62,601 nucleotides of DNA, filler included, from Pirum gemmata (GCA_002812295.1; 26 parts of 26 records of this genome joined end to end with filler, not necessarily neighbours in it), one strand, 5' to 3'; shown: positions 37,858-51,443, counted from the whole stretch's first letter. The notes: generated by a model from the sequence alone, not told the origin. Numbers and translations are program-made.

Positions 37858-38968
37858 GAACCAGATTTGGGTCTTAATAAATANNNNNNNNNNNNNNNNN
37901 NNNNNNNNNNNNNNNNNNNNNNNNNNNTTAATTAATTAANNNNNNNNNNNNNNNNNNNNNNNNNNNNNNNNNNNNNNNNNNNNATAATAATAATAATAAT
38001 TAAAATGTGATTATGATGATGATAATAGTATAGTAAATGATTATTTAAAAAACTTCTTTTTTTTTTTTGTTCGTTTTTAGAACCCGGCGAAGGTTTTTAC
38101 TGGGCAGCGAAGTTTTCGCGGAGCTGTGCCTTCTATGTATCTAGTGTATGTAATAATAATTGCTACTTTCATTTTCCATAGAATCAACCATATTAGTATT
38201 ACATACTACCCAATAAACTAGTTAAACGTTAAATAGGGTTATGGTTAGCGTAAGTGTTAGGGTAAGGGTTAGCGTAAGCCCTAGGTTTAGCGTTAGGTTT
38301 AGCGTTAGTCCAAAGAACCAACGAAATTGGTATTTAATACTACCCAATAAATTACTTTGGTTGGTTAACCGTTAAATAGGGTTAGGGTGAGGGTGAGGGT
38401 TAGGGTTAGGGTGAGGGTTAGGGTTAGAGTGAGGGTTTATTGTCCATAGAACCAACCGAATTAGTATTTCATATTACCTGACTGATTAAACTTTGAATAT
38501 GGATAGGGTTAGGGTAGGGCTAAGGTTAAGGTTGGGGTTAGGGTTAGGGTTAGTCTTAGTATTTCATAACGCCTAATAAACTAGTTTCGCAGGTTAAACG
38601 TGAAATAAGGTTAGGGTTAGGGTTGGCGTTGGCGTTAGAGTTAGGGTTAAGGTTAATGTCAGGCTTAGGCTTAGGCTTAGGCTTAGGATTAGGCTTAGGC
38701 TTAGGCTTATGGTTATGGTTAGAGTTAGGGTTAAATGTTGTTTCAAAGTGGAATGATATATATATGTATATATATATATGTGTGTGTATATACCACAATA
38801 CTGGTTCTTGTATATTATTATATATTATTATTATTATTATTATTATNGGGTTAGGGTTAGGGTTAGGGTTAGGGTTAGGGTTAGGGTTAGGGTTAGGGTT
38901 AGGGTTAGGGTTAGGGTCAGGGTTAGGGTCAGGGTAAGGGTTAGGGTTAGGGTTAGGATTAGGGTTAC

Positions 38969-39068
38969 CTAAATATTTTTTATTTAAGAAATAATGAATT
39001 TCTTTTTTATCCACGTCAAACACTGTAGTAACAACGTCGCCTATTTTCCATTCTACCCCGTAAGATTC
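38969..39068 (-). CDS. SPRY-domain internal exon
   Basis: AAAG|...|GTAACC boundaries. ESYGVEWKIGDVVTTVFDVDKKEIHYFLNKKYLG fits the SPRY pattern YGxxWxxGDVV...D...I.F..N...LG. Confidence 0.75.
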
Positions 39069-39079
39069 CTTTAGAGTCA

Positions 39080-40645
39080 GGTTTATGGTTATGGTTATGG
39101 TTATGGTTAGGGTTAGAGTTAGGGTTAAGGTTAGGGTCAGGGTTAAGGTTAGGGTTAGGGTTAGGGTTAGGGTTAAGGTTAGGGTTAGGGTTAGGGTTAG
39201 GGTTAGGGTTAGGGTTAGGGTTAGGGTTAGGGCAATGGTAATGGTAATGGTAATGGTAATGGTAATGGTAATGGTAATGGTAATGGTAATGGTAATGGTA
39301 ATGGTAATGGCAATGGCAATGGTAATGGTAATAGGTAATGGCAATGGTAATGGTAATAGGTAATGGCAATGGTAATGGTAACAGTAATGGTAATGGTAAT
39401 TCGTAATGGTAATGGTAATGGTAATGGTAATGCCGATAATGATGATGCGTAATGGTAATGGTAATGGGCAATGATAATGGAGGTAATGGTAATGGTAATG
39501 TAGGTAATTATAATAGTAATAGTAATGGTAATGGTAATGGGTAATGGTAATGGGTAATGATAATGGTAATGATAATGGATTAGGGTTAGGGTTAGGGTTA
39601 GGGTTAGGGTTAGGGTTAGGGTTAGGGTTAGGGTAATGGGTAATGGTAATGGGTAATGATAATGGTAATGATAATGGTAATGATAATGGTAATGGTAATG
39701 GTAATGGTAATGGTAATGGTAGTGGTAATGGTAGTGGTAATGGTAATGGTAATGGTAATTGTAATGGTAATGGTAATGACAATGGGCAATGGGCAATGGT
39801 AATGGTAATAGGTAATGGTAATGGTAATAGCAATGGTAATGGTAATGGTAATGGTAATGGCAATGCGTAATGATAATGGTAATGGTAATAGGTAATAGTA
39901 ATAAGTAATGGTAATGGTAATGGTGATAGTGATGCGTAATGCGTAATGGTAATGCGTAAAGGTAATGGTAATGGTAATGGCAATGGCAATGGCAATGGCA
40001 ATGGCAATGGGCAATGATAATGGTAATGGTAATAGGAATGGTAATGGCAATAGCAATGGTAATGGTAATGGTAATGCGTAATGATAATGGTAATGGTAAA
40101 GGTAATAGGTAATGGCAATGGTAATGGTAATGGTAATGGTAATGATAATGATAATGGAAATGGTAAAGGTAATGACAATGGAAATGGCAACGAGCAATGA
40201 TAATGGTAATGGTAATAGGTAATGGTAATGGTAATAGCAATGGTAATGGTAATGGTAATGCGTAAGGATAATGGTAATGGTAATGTTAATAGGTAATGGT
40301 AATGATAATGGTAATGGTAATGCGTAATGGTAATGCGTAATGATAATGATAATGCGTAATGGTAATGGTAATGGGCAATGATAATGGAGGTAATGGTAAT
40401 GATAATGTAGGTAATGATAATAGTAACAGTAATGGTAATGGTAATGGGTAATGGTCATGGGCAATGGTAATGGTAATGGTAATGGTAATGGTAATGGTAA
40501 TGGTAATGGTAATGGTAATGGTAATGGTAATGGTAATGGTTAGGGTAATGGGTAATGGTAACGGTAATGGTTATGATAATGCGTAATGTTATGGTAATGG
40601 TAATGGGTAATAGTAATGGTATAGGATCAGGATTAGGATTAGGGT
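39080..40645. repeat. Intronic TTAGGG array grading into (GGTAAT)n
   Basis: Hexamer arrays alternate between GGTTAG and GGTAAT/GGCAAT/GATAAT. Confidence 0.95.
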
Positions 40646-40826
40646 AATCATAATAGCGAAACTAATATTATCAATATTGTATCAATAAAAAATACAAATA
40701 ATAATAATAATAATAATAATAATAATNNNNNNNNNNNNNNNNNNNNNNNNNNNNNNNNNNNNNNNNNNNNTTAATTAATTAANNNNNNNNNNNNNNNNNN
40801 NNNNNNNNNNNNNNNNNNNNNNNNNN

Positions 40827-40857
<31 letters not shown>

Positions 40858-41079
40858 GCACTTTTTAATATTTCAGTTTTTTGAACTTTAAGTAAAGTAT
40901 ATAATTGTACTCTTTTATACAGCAATTAATAATAACATCAAATTAATTCAAACATGTTTATTAGTAATAGTTTTACAATAATAATAATCTAAATATTTAT
41001 TAATACCAATAATACTAATAATACTAATACTAATAATACTAGTAATATCAATAATACTAACAACATAAAAGTCTTCACT

Positions 41080-42540
41080 GTTCTTTATGACGTAAACTAA
41101 TTTAACTCCTGACCTATTCGTATGGGTTATAAAAGTCATCACTGTCTTTTGTGACCAAAACCAATTTAACTATTGTCTTATTCACAGGTGATCATAAAAG
41201 TCATCACTGTCCTTGATGATGGCCTAGACCAATTTAACTCTTGCCTTATTGATAAGTGGTCACTGCCCTTTATGAATTAAGTCAATTTAACTCTTGGCCT
41301 CTATATGTGGTCATAAAAGACACCACTGCCCTTTATAACCTAAACCAATTTAACTCTTGCCTTATTCATATGTGGTAATAGAAGTAATCACTGTTCTTTA
41401 TATAATAAATGACCTAAACAAATTTAACTCTTGACCTCTATATGTAGTCATGAAAGTCAACACTGCCCTTTATGCCCAAAACCAATTTAACTCTTGTCCT
41501 ATTCATATGTGGTAATAAAAGTCATAACTGTCCTTTATGACCTAAACAAATTCAACTCTTGACCTCTATATGTAGTCATGAAAGTCAACGCTGCCCTTTA
41601 TGCCCAAAACCAATTTAACTCTTGTCCTATTCATATGTGGTAATAAAAGTCATCACTGCCCTTTATGACCTAACCCAATTTAATCCCTGTCCTACTCATA
41701 CTAGGTAACAAAAGTCATCACTGTTCTTTATAACCTGAACCAATTTAACTCTTGACCTCTGTATGTAGTCATGAAAGTCAACACTGCCCTTTATGCCCAA
41801 AACAAATTTAACTCTTGTCCTATTCATATGTGGTAATAAAAGTCATCACTGCCCTTTATGACCTAAACCAATTTAATCCCTGTCCTACTCATGCGAGGTA
41901 ACAAAAGTCATCACTGTTCTTTATAACCTGAACCAATTTAACTCTTGACCTCTATGTGTAGTCATGAAAGTCAACACTGCCCTTTATGCCCAAAACAAAT
42001 TTAACTCTTGTCCTATTCATATGTGGTAATAAAAGTCATCACTGCCCTTTAAGACCTAAACCAATTTAATCCCTGTCCTACTCATACGAGGTAACAAAAG
42101 TCATCACTGTTCTTTATAACCTAAACCAATTTAACTCTTGACCTCTGTATGTAGTCATGAAAGTCAACACTGCCCTTTATGCCCAAAACCAATTTAACTC
42201 TTGTCCTATCCATATGTGGTAATAAAAGTCATCACTGCCCTTTATGACCTAAACCAATTTAATCTCTGTCCTACTCATACGAGGTAACAAAAGTCATCAC
42301 TGTTCTTTATAACCTAAACCAATTTAACTATTGACCTCTATATGTAGTCATGAAAGTCAACACTGCCCTTTATGCCCAAAACCAATTTAACTCTTGTCCT
42401 ATTCATATGTGGTAATAAAAGTCATCACTGCCCTTTAAGACCTAAACCAACTTAATCCCTGTCCTACTCATACGAGGTAACAAAAGTCATCACTGTTCTT
42501 TATAACCTAAACCAATTTAACTCTTGACCTCTGTATGTAG
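41080..42540. repeat. Satellite with 63-65-bp monomers and 193-bp trimeric higher-order repeat
   Basis: A-type monomer starts at 41547, 41740, 41933, 42126, 42319 and 42512 (period 193 = 63+65+65). Confidence 0.95.
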
Positions 42541-43065
42541 TAATAATAAATAAATGATAACAGAAGAATAAATGGCCTAAGGGCCAATACGGTTTCGTTC
42601 GGGTTCGATGAGGGGTACCATTTCAGGCATCAGTAAACGGAAAAGGAAAAAAAAGTAATCGATCAAAATACCCAGCTATGCCTTCTATAATGTACCTCTA
42701 TAATAACCTCCTTCATCTTTTATAGCCTAATGAATGAAAAAATGAAAATGAAAAACAATGAAAATTTTGTAATGTGAAATTCAGCTAATATTATTAGTGA
42801 TAGTAAATGTTGCAATTAAAAATCTAACCAACACTATTTTTTAATAAAATTAAAATAATAATAATAATATTANNNNNNNNNNNNNNNNNNNNNNNNNNNN
42901 NNNNNNNNNNNNNNNNTTAATTAATTAANNNNNNNNNNNNNNNNNNNNNNNNNNNNNNNNNNNNNNNNNNNNTTTATTTTATTTATTTATTTATTGTGTT
43001 TGTTTTATTTTGATTACTGTCTTAAGTGCTTTTTTATTGACTTTAGTTTTCTCCCTTCGTTTTAG

Positions 43066-44937
43066 AAACTTTTTTGTGCAATTTCCTTATTGAAGATGCT
43101 AAAAAGGGAAGAATAGAAGCTCGAACACGATGTGATAAAAATTGTATCAAACTCGTAAATATGACTTACAAAAGAGAAGGGCACGCCTTAGTGGTAATAT
43201 CCTGATCATATACAATAACATTATATTATATATTCTTGTGCTTAGGGTTTTCGTAGTTTTAAATTGAACAAAAGGCGGTCATATATATATATATATATAT
43301 AGTATGAGTTCTACAGATTGCTTTATTATTTATACGGCTTAACGTGATTGTCGTTATTATTATTATTCATTATTAAAATTACCATCGTTTGTTGTTTTTG
43401 TCTTGTGTTACAACCAAAAGGAATACTGGCAAGATGGGAATGCTTTTAAAGAACTTAATGCCAGAGAGGAAAAAATTAAGGCTCAAAAAGAAGAATTGGA
43501 AAAATTGAAAAAACAATTAAGTAAGCGAAAACCCAATGGCAGAGTGGGGAAAAGTAGTGCAGGGGCGTCTACGTCATCAACAAGTATAGAAAGACTTGAT
43601 TCAAGTGATGGAAATTTTATCAAACCAGAACCAGTAACACCATTATCACAAGCAGAGTAAGAGAGTTTTTTCTTTTACTATTTATCGATACTATTATTCA
43701 CTGTAGTGTTTTTATTTTATGGCTATACCTGTTACAAGTTCTCCATGATTAATTTTTATAGTTTTTTTTCATATATCGTCGTTGTTACTATTACTATTAT
43801 TTTTACCATTACTATTTGTTATTAATATAAGTAGTGTTCTCGGTGTTGTTTTCTGTTTTTGTTATGATTATTATAATTACTATTATGTTTTACGTTTGAT
43901 TTTATTTTTGTTGTTGTTGTTGTTGTTGTTGTTATTGTTGTTGCTGTTGTTGTTGTTGTTGTTGTTGTTGTTGAAGAGTATTATAATTACCATTATTATT
44001 TACTTTAATGTTGTTGTTATTGTTGTTATTATTATCCTTATTATGATTATGGTGATAATGTACGTTTAATTTTATTTTTTCCTGTGGTTTGACTTTTTAT
44101 TGCTGATACTAAGATATAACCAACGTGAGGAAATACTAAAACTCAGAATGCTCAACTTAAAAAAGAAAGAGACAGAGCTTTTCCAAGAATATGAAAAATT
44201 AGAAAAACTTCGAAACTTGGTAATCATAATATCTTACTCACCTTTGAAATTTTAATTATGTCTCTAAACCCTTTAACCTTCACAAAAATTATAATCAGTT
44301 TCTATAATAACAAAATAATAATACGTACTGTTCTTTCTTGTAAATAATAATAGCATATACGAGAATACAAAAGAATACACGACGAAGAAAAATCACCTTT
44401 CAAAAACTTCCCTATATTACATGATCGTTATGTCTTACTAGAATTGTTAGGAAAAGGCGGATTCAGTGAAGTGATCAAGGTTTTATTTATGTTTTAGTTT
44501 TATACTTGTTCTTTTTCTTGTTCGTTATTACTTTTTTTTAATTATTATTTGAATTATTCTTTTGATTATTTTTTAATTGGATATAATATGCAGCTGACAT
44601 TTACAATCACCTAACAGTAACTCTTCCTCAATCCTAATCCTAATCCTAATCCAAACCTTAACCTTAATTATAACTCTTAACTCTGAACTCAAAGTCTAAA
44701 TCTGAACTCTTAACTCTTATTCTTTGTAAATGAACTTTATAAATGGTTTAAACAAATGAAAAACAACATAGGGATATGATCTTGATGAGAGTCGATATGT
44801 TGCGTGCAAAATACATTCTTTGAATAATCAATGGTCGGACGAGAAAAAAGAAAATTATATTAAACATGCTTGTAGGGAATATAATATTCACAAAGCTCTT
44901 GACCATCCTCGTGTTGTTCGACTACTTGACGTGTTTG
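43066..44937 (+). CDS. TLK: Tousled-like kinase, five internal exons (43066-43193, 43421-43656, 44114-44219, 44354-44479, 44772-44937)
   Basis: All GT-AG introns with compatible phases. Product includes [44 protein letters not shown] and YVACKIH...[29 protein letters not shown], diagnostic of TLK. Confidence 0.95.
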
Positions 44938-45418
44938 GTATTATTATTATTGCTGTTGGTGTTATTATTATTATTATTATTCTTATTATTATTATTATTC
45001 TTATTCTTATTATTATTATTATNNNNNNNNNNNNNNNNNNNNNNNNNNNNNNNNNNNNNNNNNNNNTTAATTAATTAANNNNNNNNNNNNNNNNNNNNNN
45101 NNNNNNNNNNNNNNNNNNNNNNTACTAAATAACATATAGGGTTAAAGTAGTTTCCGTAGATAAAATTTTTTAGACTGTGTTTTGAAAATCTCTAGACGGC
45201 GATCTGGAACGTGCTTTTTTTAAAAAAAAAAAAAAAAAAAAATTCTAAGTTCTAACTAGCCAAATATTTTTAAAAACTAGCCATTGGTTCATAATATGTT
45301 TTCTTAGTTAATTGGTAGACGTTTATTTCAGTTTTTGAAATGAAAAGGTCTTTGAATGGGCAACACAACACTACTAGCTACCAGTAGCTAGACTAGGACA
45401 ACTACTAGGACAACACTA

Positions 45419-45721
45419 TTGAAACTATTGAAAAACACAATGGTAACAGTTAGTATACCCACAAGCTATGAAAGTAATACATGCAGAAAGGTAAGCTTTT
45501 ATAAATTTGGACATATTTTAACCAAGCCATTTTATAAAAAATTAAAAGTTTGGTGTGGTGAAGAAGAATCAACAGGCAAAGAACTTTCTGCAATGATATC
45601 AATTTGTAAAACTCGTCCAGGGCTTGTTATACATGAAGATTATCATTTTATTCGTTCCACACCAGATATTAGCCTCCCTCTATTCTGCACTATGTTTGAA
45701 ATTAAATTCACTAGATATTAA
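45419..45721 (+). pseudogene. Possible degraded YqaJ/lambda-exonuclease-like fragment (transposon-associated)
   Basis: VWCGEEESTG...GLVIHEDYHFIRSTPD resembles the YqaJ pattern WG..xE...GLxx....xxxxSPD. The later ExK motif is not clearly present; it sits among MITE fragments. Confidence 0.35.
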
Positions 45722-45727
45722 TATTAA

Positions 45728-45936
45728 TATTGTGTTTTTCAACAGTGTTGTCCAGTTCAAAAACTGAAATAAACGTACAAAATTATTATTATGGCTAAAC
45801 TATCAGACCTGTTTTAATAAATTTGGTATTTTATATATTTTAAAGTTAATGTTTTATTTTATGAACAAGTTCAATTACACACTCAAATAGTACCAAATGA
45901 AAGATTGAGAGGACAACTATAATGAAATAGACGATA
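45728..45936 (-). mobile_element. MITE family A, full copy
   Basis: Reverse complement aligns end to end with 13631-13830. Confidence 0.8.
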
Positions 45937-47696
45937 ATATGGTATGTAGCTATAGGTAGTAGATGTGAAACAATTGACTTACCACGACGACTAATACGAC
46001 TACTTCGACCACCACGACCACCATCACCACCACGACTGCCACATTTTTGAAAATAACAATAACAATAACAATAACAATAACAATAGCAATAACAATAACA
46101 ATAACAATAACAATAACAATAACAATATTATGGATAATAATAATAATAATAATAANNNNNNNNNNNNNNNNNNNNNNNNNNNNNNNNNNNNNNNNNNNNN
46201 NNNNNNNNNNNNNNNNNNNNNNNNNNNNNNNNNNNNNNNNNNNNNNNNNNNNNNNNNNNNNNNNNNNNNNNNNNNNNNNNNNNNNNNNNNNNNNNNNNNN
46301 NNNNNNNNNNNNNNNNNNCAATAACAATAACAATAACAATAACAATAACAATAACAATAACAATAACAATAACAATAACAATAACAATAATAATAATAAT
46401 AACAATAACAATAACAATAACAATAACATGTATTAATAATTAATACAATAACATGTAACAATAACAAAACAATAAAACAATAACAATAACAATAACGTTA
46501 TTAACAATAACAATAACAATATTATATATTAATAAATTCAATAATTTAAGTACATATGATTGAACTTTTTTATAAAATACAACTTGTATTATAAAATACC
46601 AAATTAATCAAAACATGTCTGATTATTAAAATCTGGTACGTTTGTTTCAGTTTTTGAGCTGAACAAAACCGAAGGAACAAAACTACAGGTAGTCTATCGG
46701 TAGACTGCTACAAACATGTACGATAGAACAAACTAACGAACTATCAATATCGATACAAACATGTATGATATTTTTAAAACATGATAAGCACTTGAGTGCC
46801 CGATATATATTTTTATACATATTATTATTGTTTTTTTTTTAGTTTCCCATGTTCTATCCATAAGCCTGTTTTTTTGAAAATTCGAACTTATATAATTTTT
46901 TAAGTTTGAAATTTTTTCGGATGGAGGGTTAAAAAATTCTTTAACTTTTTTTTTTTCAAACATTTGATTAAAAAAGTTGGCACCACCACCGAGAGCTTCA
47001 CCGAGCGATAGTTCGAGCGATAGTCTACTGCTTCCATCCTTCCATCATATTTCTTTGAAGGCAATCGATAAAAGAGTTGTAATTTCTTGTCTTTGTTTTT
47101 CGATTTCAATATTAACTAAGTTTTCAAAGTCATTATTACTATTAACTAAATCAACGCAAGTGTAATTATTATTATTATTATTNNNNNNNNNNNNNNNNNN
47201 NNNNNNNNNNNNNNNNNNNNNNNNNNTTAATTAATTAANNNNNNNNNNNNNNNNNNNNNNNNNNNNNNNNNNNNNNNNNNNNTAATAATAATAATAATAA
47301 TAATGAAAATGAAAATATTAATAATAACGACATAATTTTATAATAACAACGAAAACAGGATAGTATCAAGAACTAAAAGTATATGCAGACCTAATTAACC
47401 CTAGAATTCTACAAACTCTACAAACCACAGAAAAAATAGCTGGAAAAAAAATGATTATTGTTATCAGTTATTGTTATTATTGTTATCATATTATCAAATC
47501 ATATTGCTTTTTTTTCTTACCATATTTAGCAGTTATTTTTACCAATTAAAAACGATTTAAAAAAAATGCTTTGAAAAAAAAAAAAAGAGATTATCATTGG
47601 TTTAAAAGGCGAAATATTGCAAATACTATTCCTTTTATTAGTCATTTTTTTTAAACTAATAGCTATCATATTAGACAAAAACTTTTTTTTTTTTAA

Positions 47697-47950
47697 CAGC
47701 CAAGCCGGATAAAACTGCGGTGTAGAAATCATTTCTTTTTAGACTTCTTTTCTAAAAACTTCAATGCTAACTAGCCAAATTATTTTTAAAAATTAGTAAT
47801 TGGTTCATAATGGAGTTCTTTTAGTTAGACGATTTCTCAAAATTTGGTAGTACTTTTATTAACATTGGATAATTTTAAGGCTTGCCGGATTTGAGCTCAT
47901 ATTGTGGATGTCGCCATTTTTATCCGACTTGGTAGACTTGCAATTGGTAG
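47697..47950 (+). mobile_element. MITE family C (piggyBac-like), full copy
   Basis: TTAA|CAGCCAAGCCGGATAAAA ... TTTTATCCGACTTGGTAG(acttgcaattggtag)|TTAA. Confidence 0.8.
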
Positions 47951-48668
47951 TTAAAAAATAAAAAATAGCTCTAGTATAATATCGTATGATATTGATTTAG
48001 TCTAAAGCTATTTATTTGTTTACAATAGATGCATAATTCTAGCTAGTAAGATAGGAGATTTTACTGAGATTTTTTTTTCCTTTTTTTTTCCTCTTCTAAA
48101 TCTTGATTATTAGAAAATATTATGTTTTAATTAATTAATTGCATGTAGTTGCTTAGTTAATATGTTTAGGTTATCATAATGAAAGGTATATTGTCAAATA
48201 TACGCTCATAAGGATATTCTTGTAGTTGTTGATTATAAACTAAGTCTTTGAGTTCACACATATTGTTTTTTGTATTTTTGTTGTTACATGTTAGTTTTTG
48301 TTGAAAATACTTTCGAAAGTTTGCCATACCGAGTAGGTCTAATATATTTCCAAGTGTTTGTGGAAGTATTGTGGAATTTGACCACTATCGGCATCGGTAC
48401 CTAATATTGGATGTTGATGACATGCTAGTCGTAGACCAATTAAATGGTATACTAAATTTAAACTGACTATTTGTTTTTTCAGTTTGCAATAATTGAAAGG
48501 TGTTGAAATTTGAAATTTGAGCTGTGAAAGATTGATTACAGACTGCAATATATATCATCTACCCGTTTGTGGTGATACAGTAAGGGCTAACTATATAAAA
48601 ATTATAGCTAGACAGTATTTGAAAAAGGGGTCTCAGTGGAGTGATGTCACTCTTTAGAATTAACAATG

Positions 48669-48861
48669 CATCGTGTTTTTCCATAGTGTTTTCAGTTCAA
48701 AAACTGAAATAAACGTATCATGGTTAAACTATCAGACATGCTTTAATTAATTTGGTATTTTATGCTTAATTTTGTTTTTTATAAACAAGTTCAATTATAC
48801 ACTTTTGAAAACAGTAAATTAAAGATTGAAAGAAGAACTATGCATGCAATGAAATAGACAA
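48669..48861 (-). mobile_element. MITE family A, diverged copy
   Basis: CAGTTCAAAAACTGAAATAAACGTA...AAACTATCAGACATG...ACAAGTTCAATTA...AATGAAATAGAC. Confidence 0.75.
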
Positions 48862-49422
48862 CACTGTGAAATTGTAAAATAGCTCCAAAACTATCATATT
48901 TAGGTAAACATCTTACCATTTAAAGTAAACAACCGGCCTGTCAGAGGATTAGGCAAAAAAGAGTGACCCGAATTTAAAACTGCTATAGGCCCAAACCTGT
49001 TTTTAGTTTTTTTTTAGGTTTTTTTCAGGATTTTTTTCTGTCGTTTTTTTCTGTTTTTTTAAAAAAAAAAGGAAAAAAAAAAAAAATGAAGCCCTATCAT
49101 TGGCCTAAAATCCTGCTTTTCTGTTGAAGGAAAAAAAAAAAAAAAATGAAGCCCTATCATTGGCCCAAACCCTACCTCATCACCAATCCTCCCAGATAAG
49201 TCACAAGAGTTATAGCATGCGAAAAAATTATTTTACAAATATAATGCGCATGGTGACGTAATTAGTTGTAATTTCGAGCTGTGATCGAAATGTTTTTTTT
49301 TTGTTTTATTATTATTATTATTNNNNNNNNNNNNNNNNNNNNNNNNNNNNNNNNNNNNNNNNNNNNTTAATTAATTAANNNNNNNNNNNNNNNNNNNNNN
49401 NNNNNNNNNNNNNNNNNNNNNN

Positions 49423-49508
49423 ACAATGATAACAATGATAACAATGATAACAATAATAACAATGATAACAATAATAACAATAATAATAATATTAACAATA
49501 TTAACAAT

Positions 49509-49557
<49 letters not shown>

Positions 49558-51443
49558 TGGATGTCCTCGAACAAGAAGTGGTAGTTAGTTATAAAGAGAA
49601 TTCCAAAAAAATTACAGATTATAGTCGTAGTGAAATATGCAATTCTCCTATTCTTTTTGACCGATGGGCTGAAAACGAGGCCAACAAAACTACTAACGCT
49701 GCCCGATTATCACCCAAAACTCCATTGTGTAAAGGGCACGTTTACAATTATTTTCATATAGTAGTACCGTTTTATAATTTAGAAAAAAACCTGCTAAATA
49801 TGTCTCACAACTCCTTTATCAAACAAAACTATCCACAAGATCGTTTTTTTATTTGGCTTGTGGATGATGGAAGCAATAATCCTGAAGCTAAGGAAGCACT
49901 TGCACAATATTGCACTGAAAAGAATTCCCCTAAAGTTTCATCTATGCTTCACAATTGGCCTCAGTTTGAAAAAATAAACACAACAACTCAGCAAACCCAA
50001 TGTTTATTGCTACCGTACAATTTAGGCCCGGCTGGAGCTAAATTCGTAGGCTTTAAACACGTGGAAAAAATGGCAAGTCCGAATGATATTGTACTTGTAG
50101 TTGATGGTGATGATGAATTACATAATCCTGAAGCTTTGAATATTATCAATGAAAAATACATAAATACAAAAGCCTGGGTTACTTATGGTTCATACACTGG
50201 TTTATACAATGAGCAAACTACTCCTTTACCTGGGATTTCTGAGGATGAGTATGAACCCAGAAAAGAGCAACCGACTAATAGTTGGCGTTACGGGCACCCA
50301 CGTACTTTTAAAAATGGATTAGCGGCGAAATTTGTGAAAGAGGATTTTTTGGACCGTGACGGAGTTTGGTTGAAAAAGGCGACTGACCGAGCTTATTTTT
50401 ATAAGGCCTTGGAATTAGCGGGTAAGAATCGAGTCGAGCATATTACAACACCCATTTATAAGTATAAACCAGGAAAAGCTAGTACAATGAGCACAGTATC
50501 CTTGATTGCGAAAAAGAAAAATTTGGAAGACGTTTTAAACAAACCTAAACAAACTAAAATGGAATTACCTATTCATATTGTTTTGGTTTGTCATTCTCGT
50601 ATGTATTTGCTTCCTTTTCAACTCAAGTGGCTACAAGAACAATCCTTGGCTAAAAAGGGTAGAAAAGTTGTGGTCCATTTAGTCAACAATAATTGGGAAA
50701 AAGAAGCCATTGCAGAGTTAGAAAAATACATACATGGTTTCCAAGCAACACAAAAAGATTTAGATCAAAATATGACTCCTATTGATGTGGTCACCAGTAC
50801 TAATTTAAATCCAGTGGAGCATGCTTTTTCCAGATTTGTTTATGTTCAAGAATTGAGAAAAACAACAATGATGGATAACGTTATTTTTGTTGATGATGAT
50901 CAATATTTTCCGGTTAACTTTCTAGAAAGCACTTTGAAAATGGCCAAACCCAATAGTGCAGCTATGTGGTACGGCAAGACTTTTGGCTGCTCGATGGAAG
51001 AATATGGAAATTATTGGGTCAGTCTAATTGGTAACGCTGAGGAAACACACGCCCAATACAATAGTCATATCAAATCTTTTACATATGGAGGTCCTGGTGG
51101 CTCTGTTTACCCAGCCAATTTGTGGTTGATGAATGATATGTTGTTACGCTTGAAAGACGACGATTATTTAAAGCAATACATCAATTTTGATGATATTTGG
51201 GTTTCGTATTTGATGAATGGGGTATTGGGTTGGTCCTTGAATCGTTTATCGCAGGACTTACCATATGATTTGTCATGGCCCAGAGCTAAGGAATATTTGC
51301 CCAGTAATTTTGAAATGGAGACCCTCTCAAATAAGCTCATACAGTCGGGGACTTATGTTAAGTCTGGTAAAATTAAGCAGACAACTTTTATGGATTTTCA
51401 ACGAAAGTATTTTTGGGATGTTTGTAACCAGTTTTCAGATTAG
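49423..51443 (+). CDS. Tandem two-domain GT-A/GT2-like glycosyltransferase (frame open upstream of Met 49557)
   Basis: Domain 1: HIVVPFYN, LVDDGS, VVDGDDEL, VTYGSY, HPRTFK, ATDRAY...LELAG. Domain 2: IHIVLVCHSR, VHLVNNN, FSRF, IFVDDDQ, GPGGS, DDIWVS. Intronless. Confidence 0.88.

Noticed and set aside
41080..42540. CRISPR-like array (regular ~64-bp spacing)
   Set aside because: The variable parts recur with a 193-bp period rather than being unique spacers; no cas genes; eukaryotic context.
48339..48548. Second YqaJ-like or other coding fragment (GLRLACHQHPILGTDAD)
   Set aside because: Similarity too weak, stops nearby in the frames I read, no clear splice sites.
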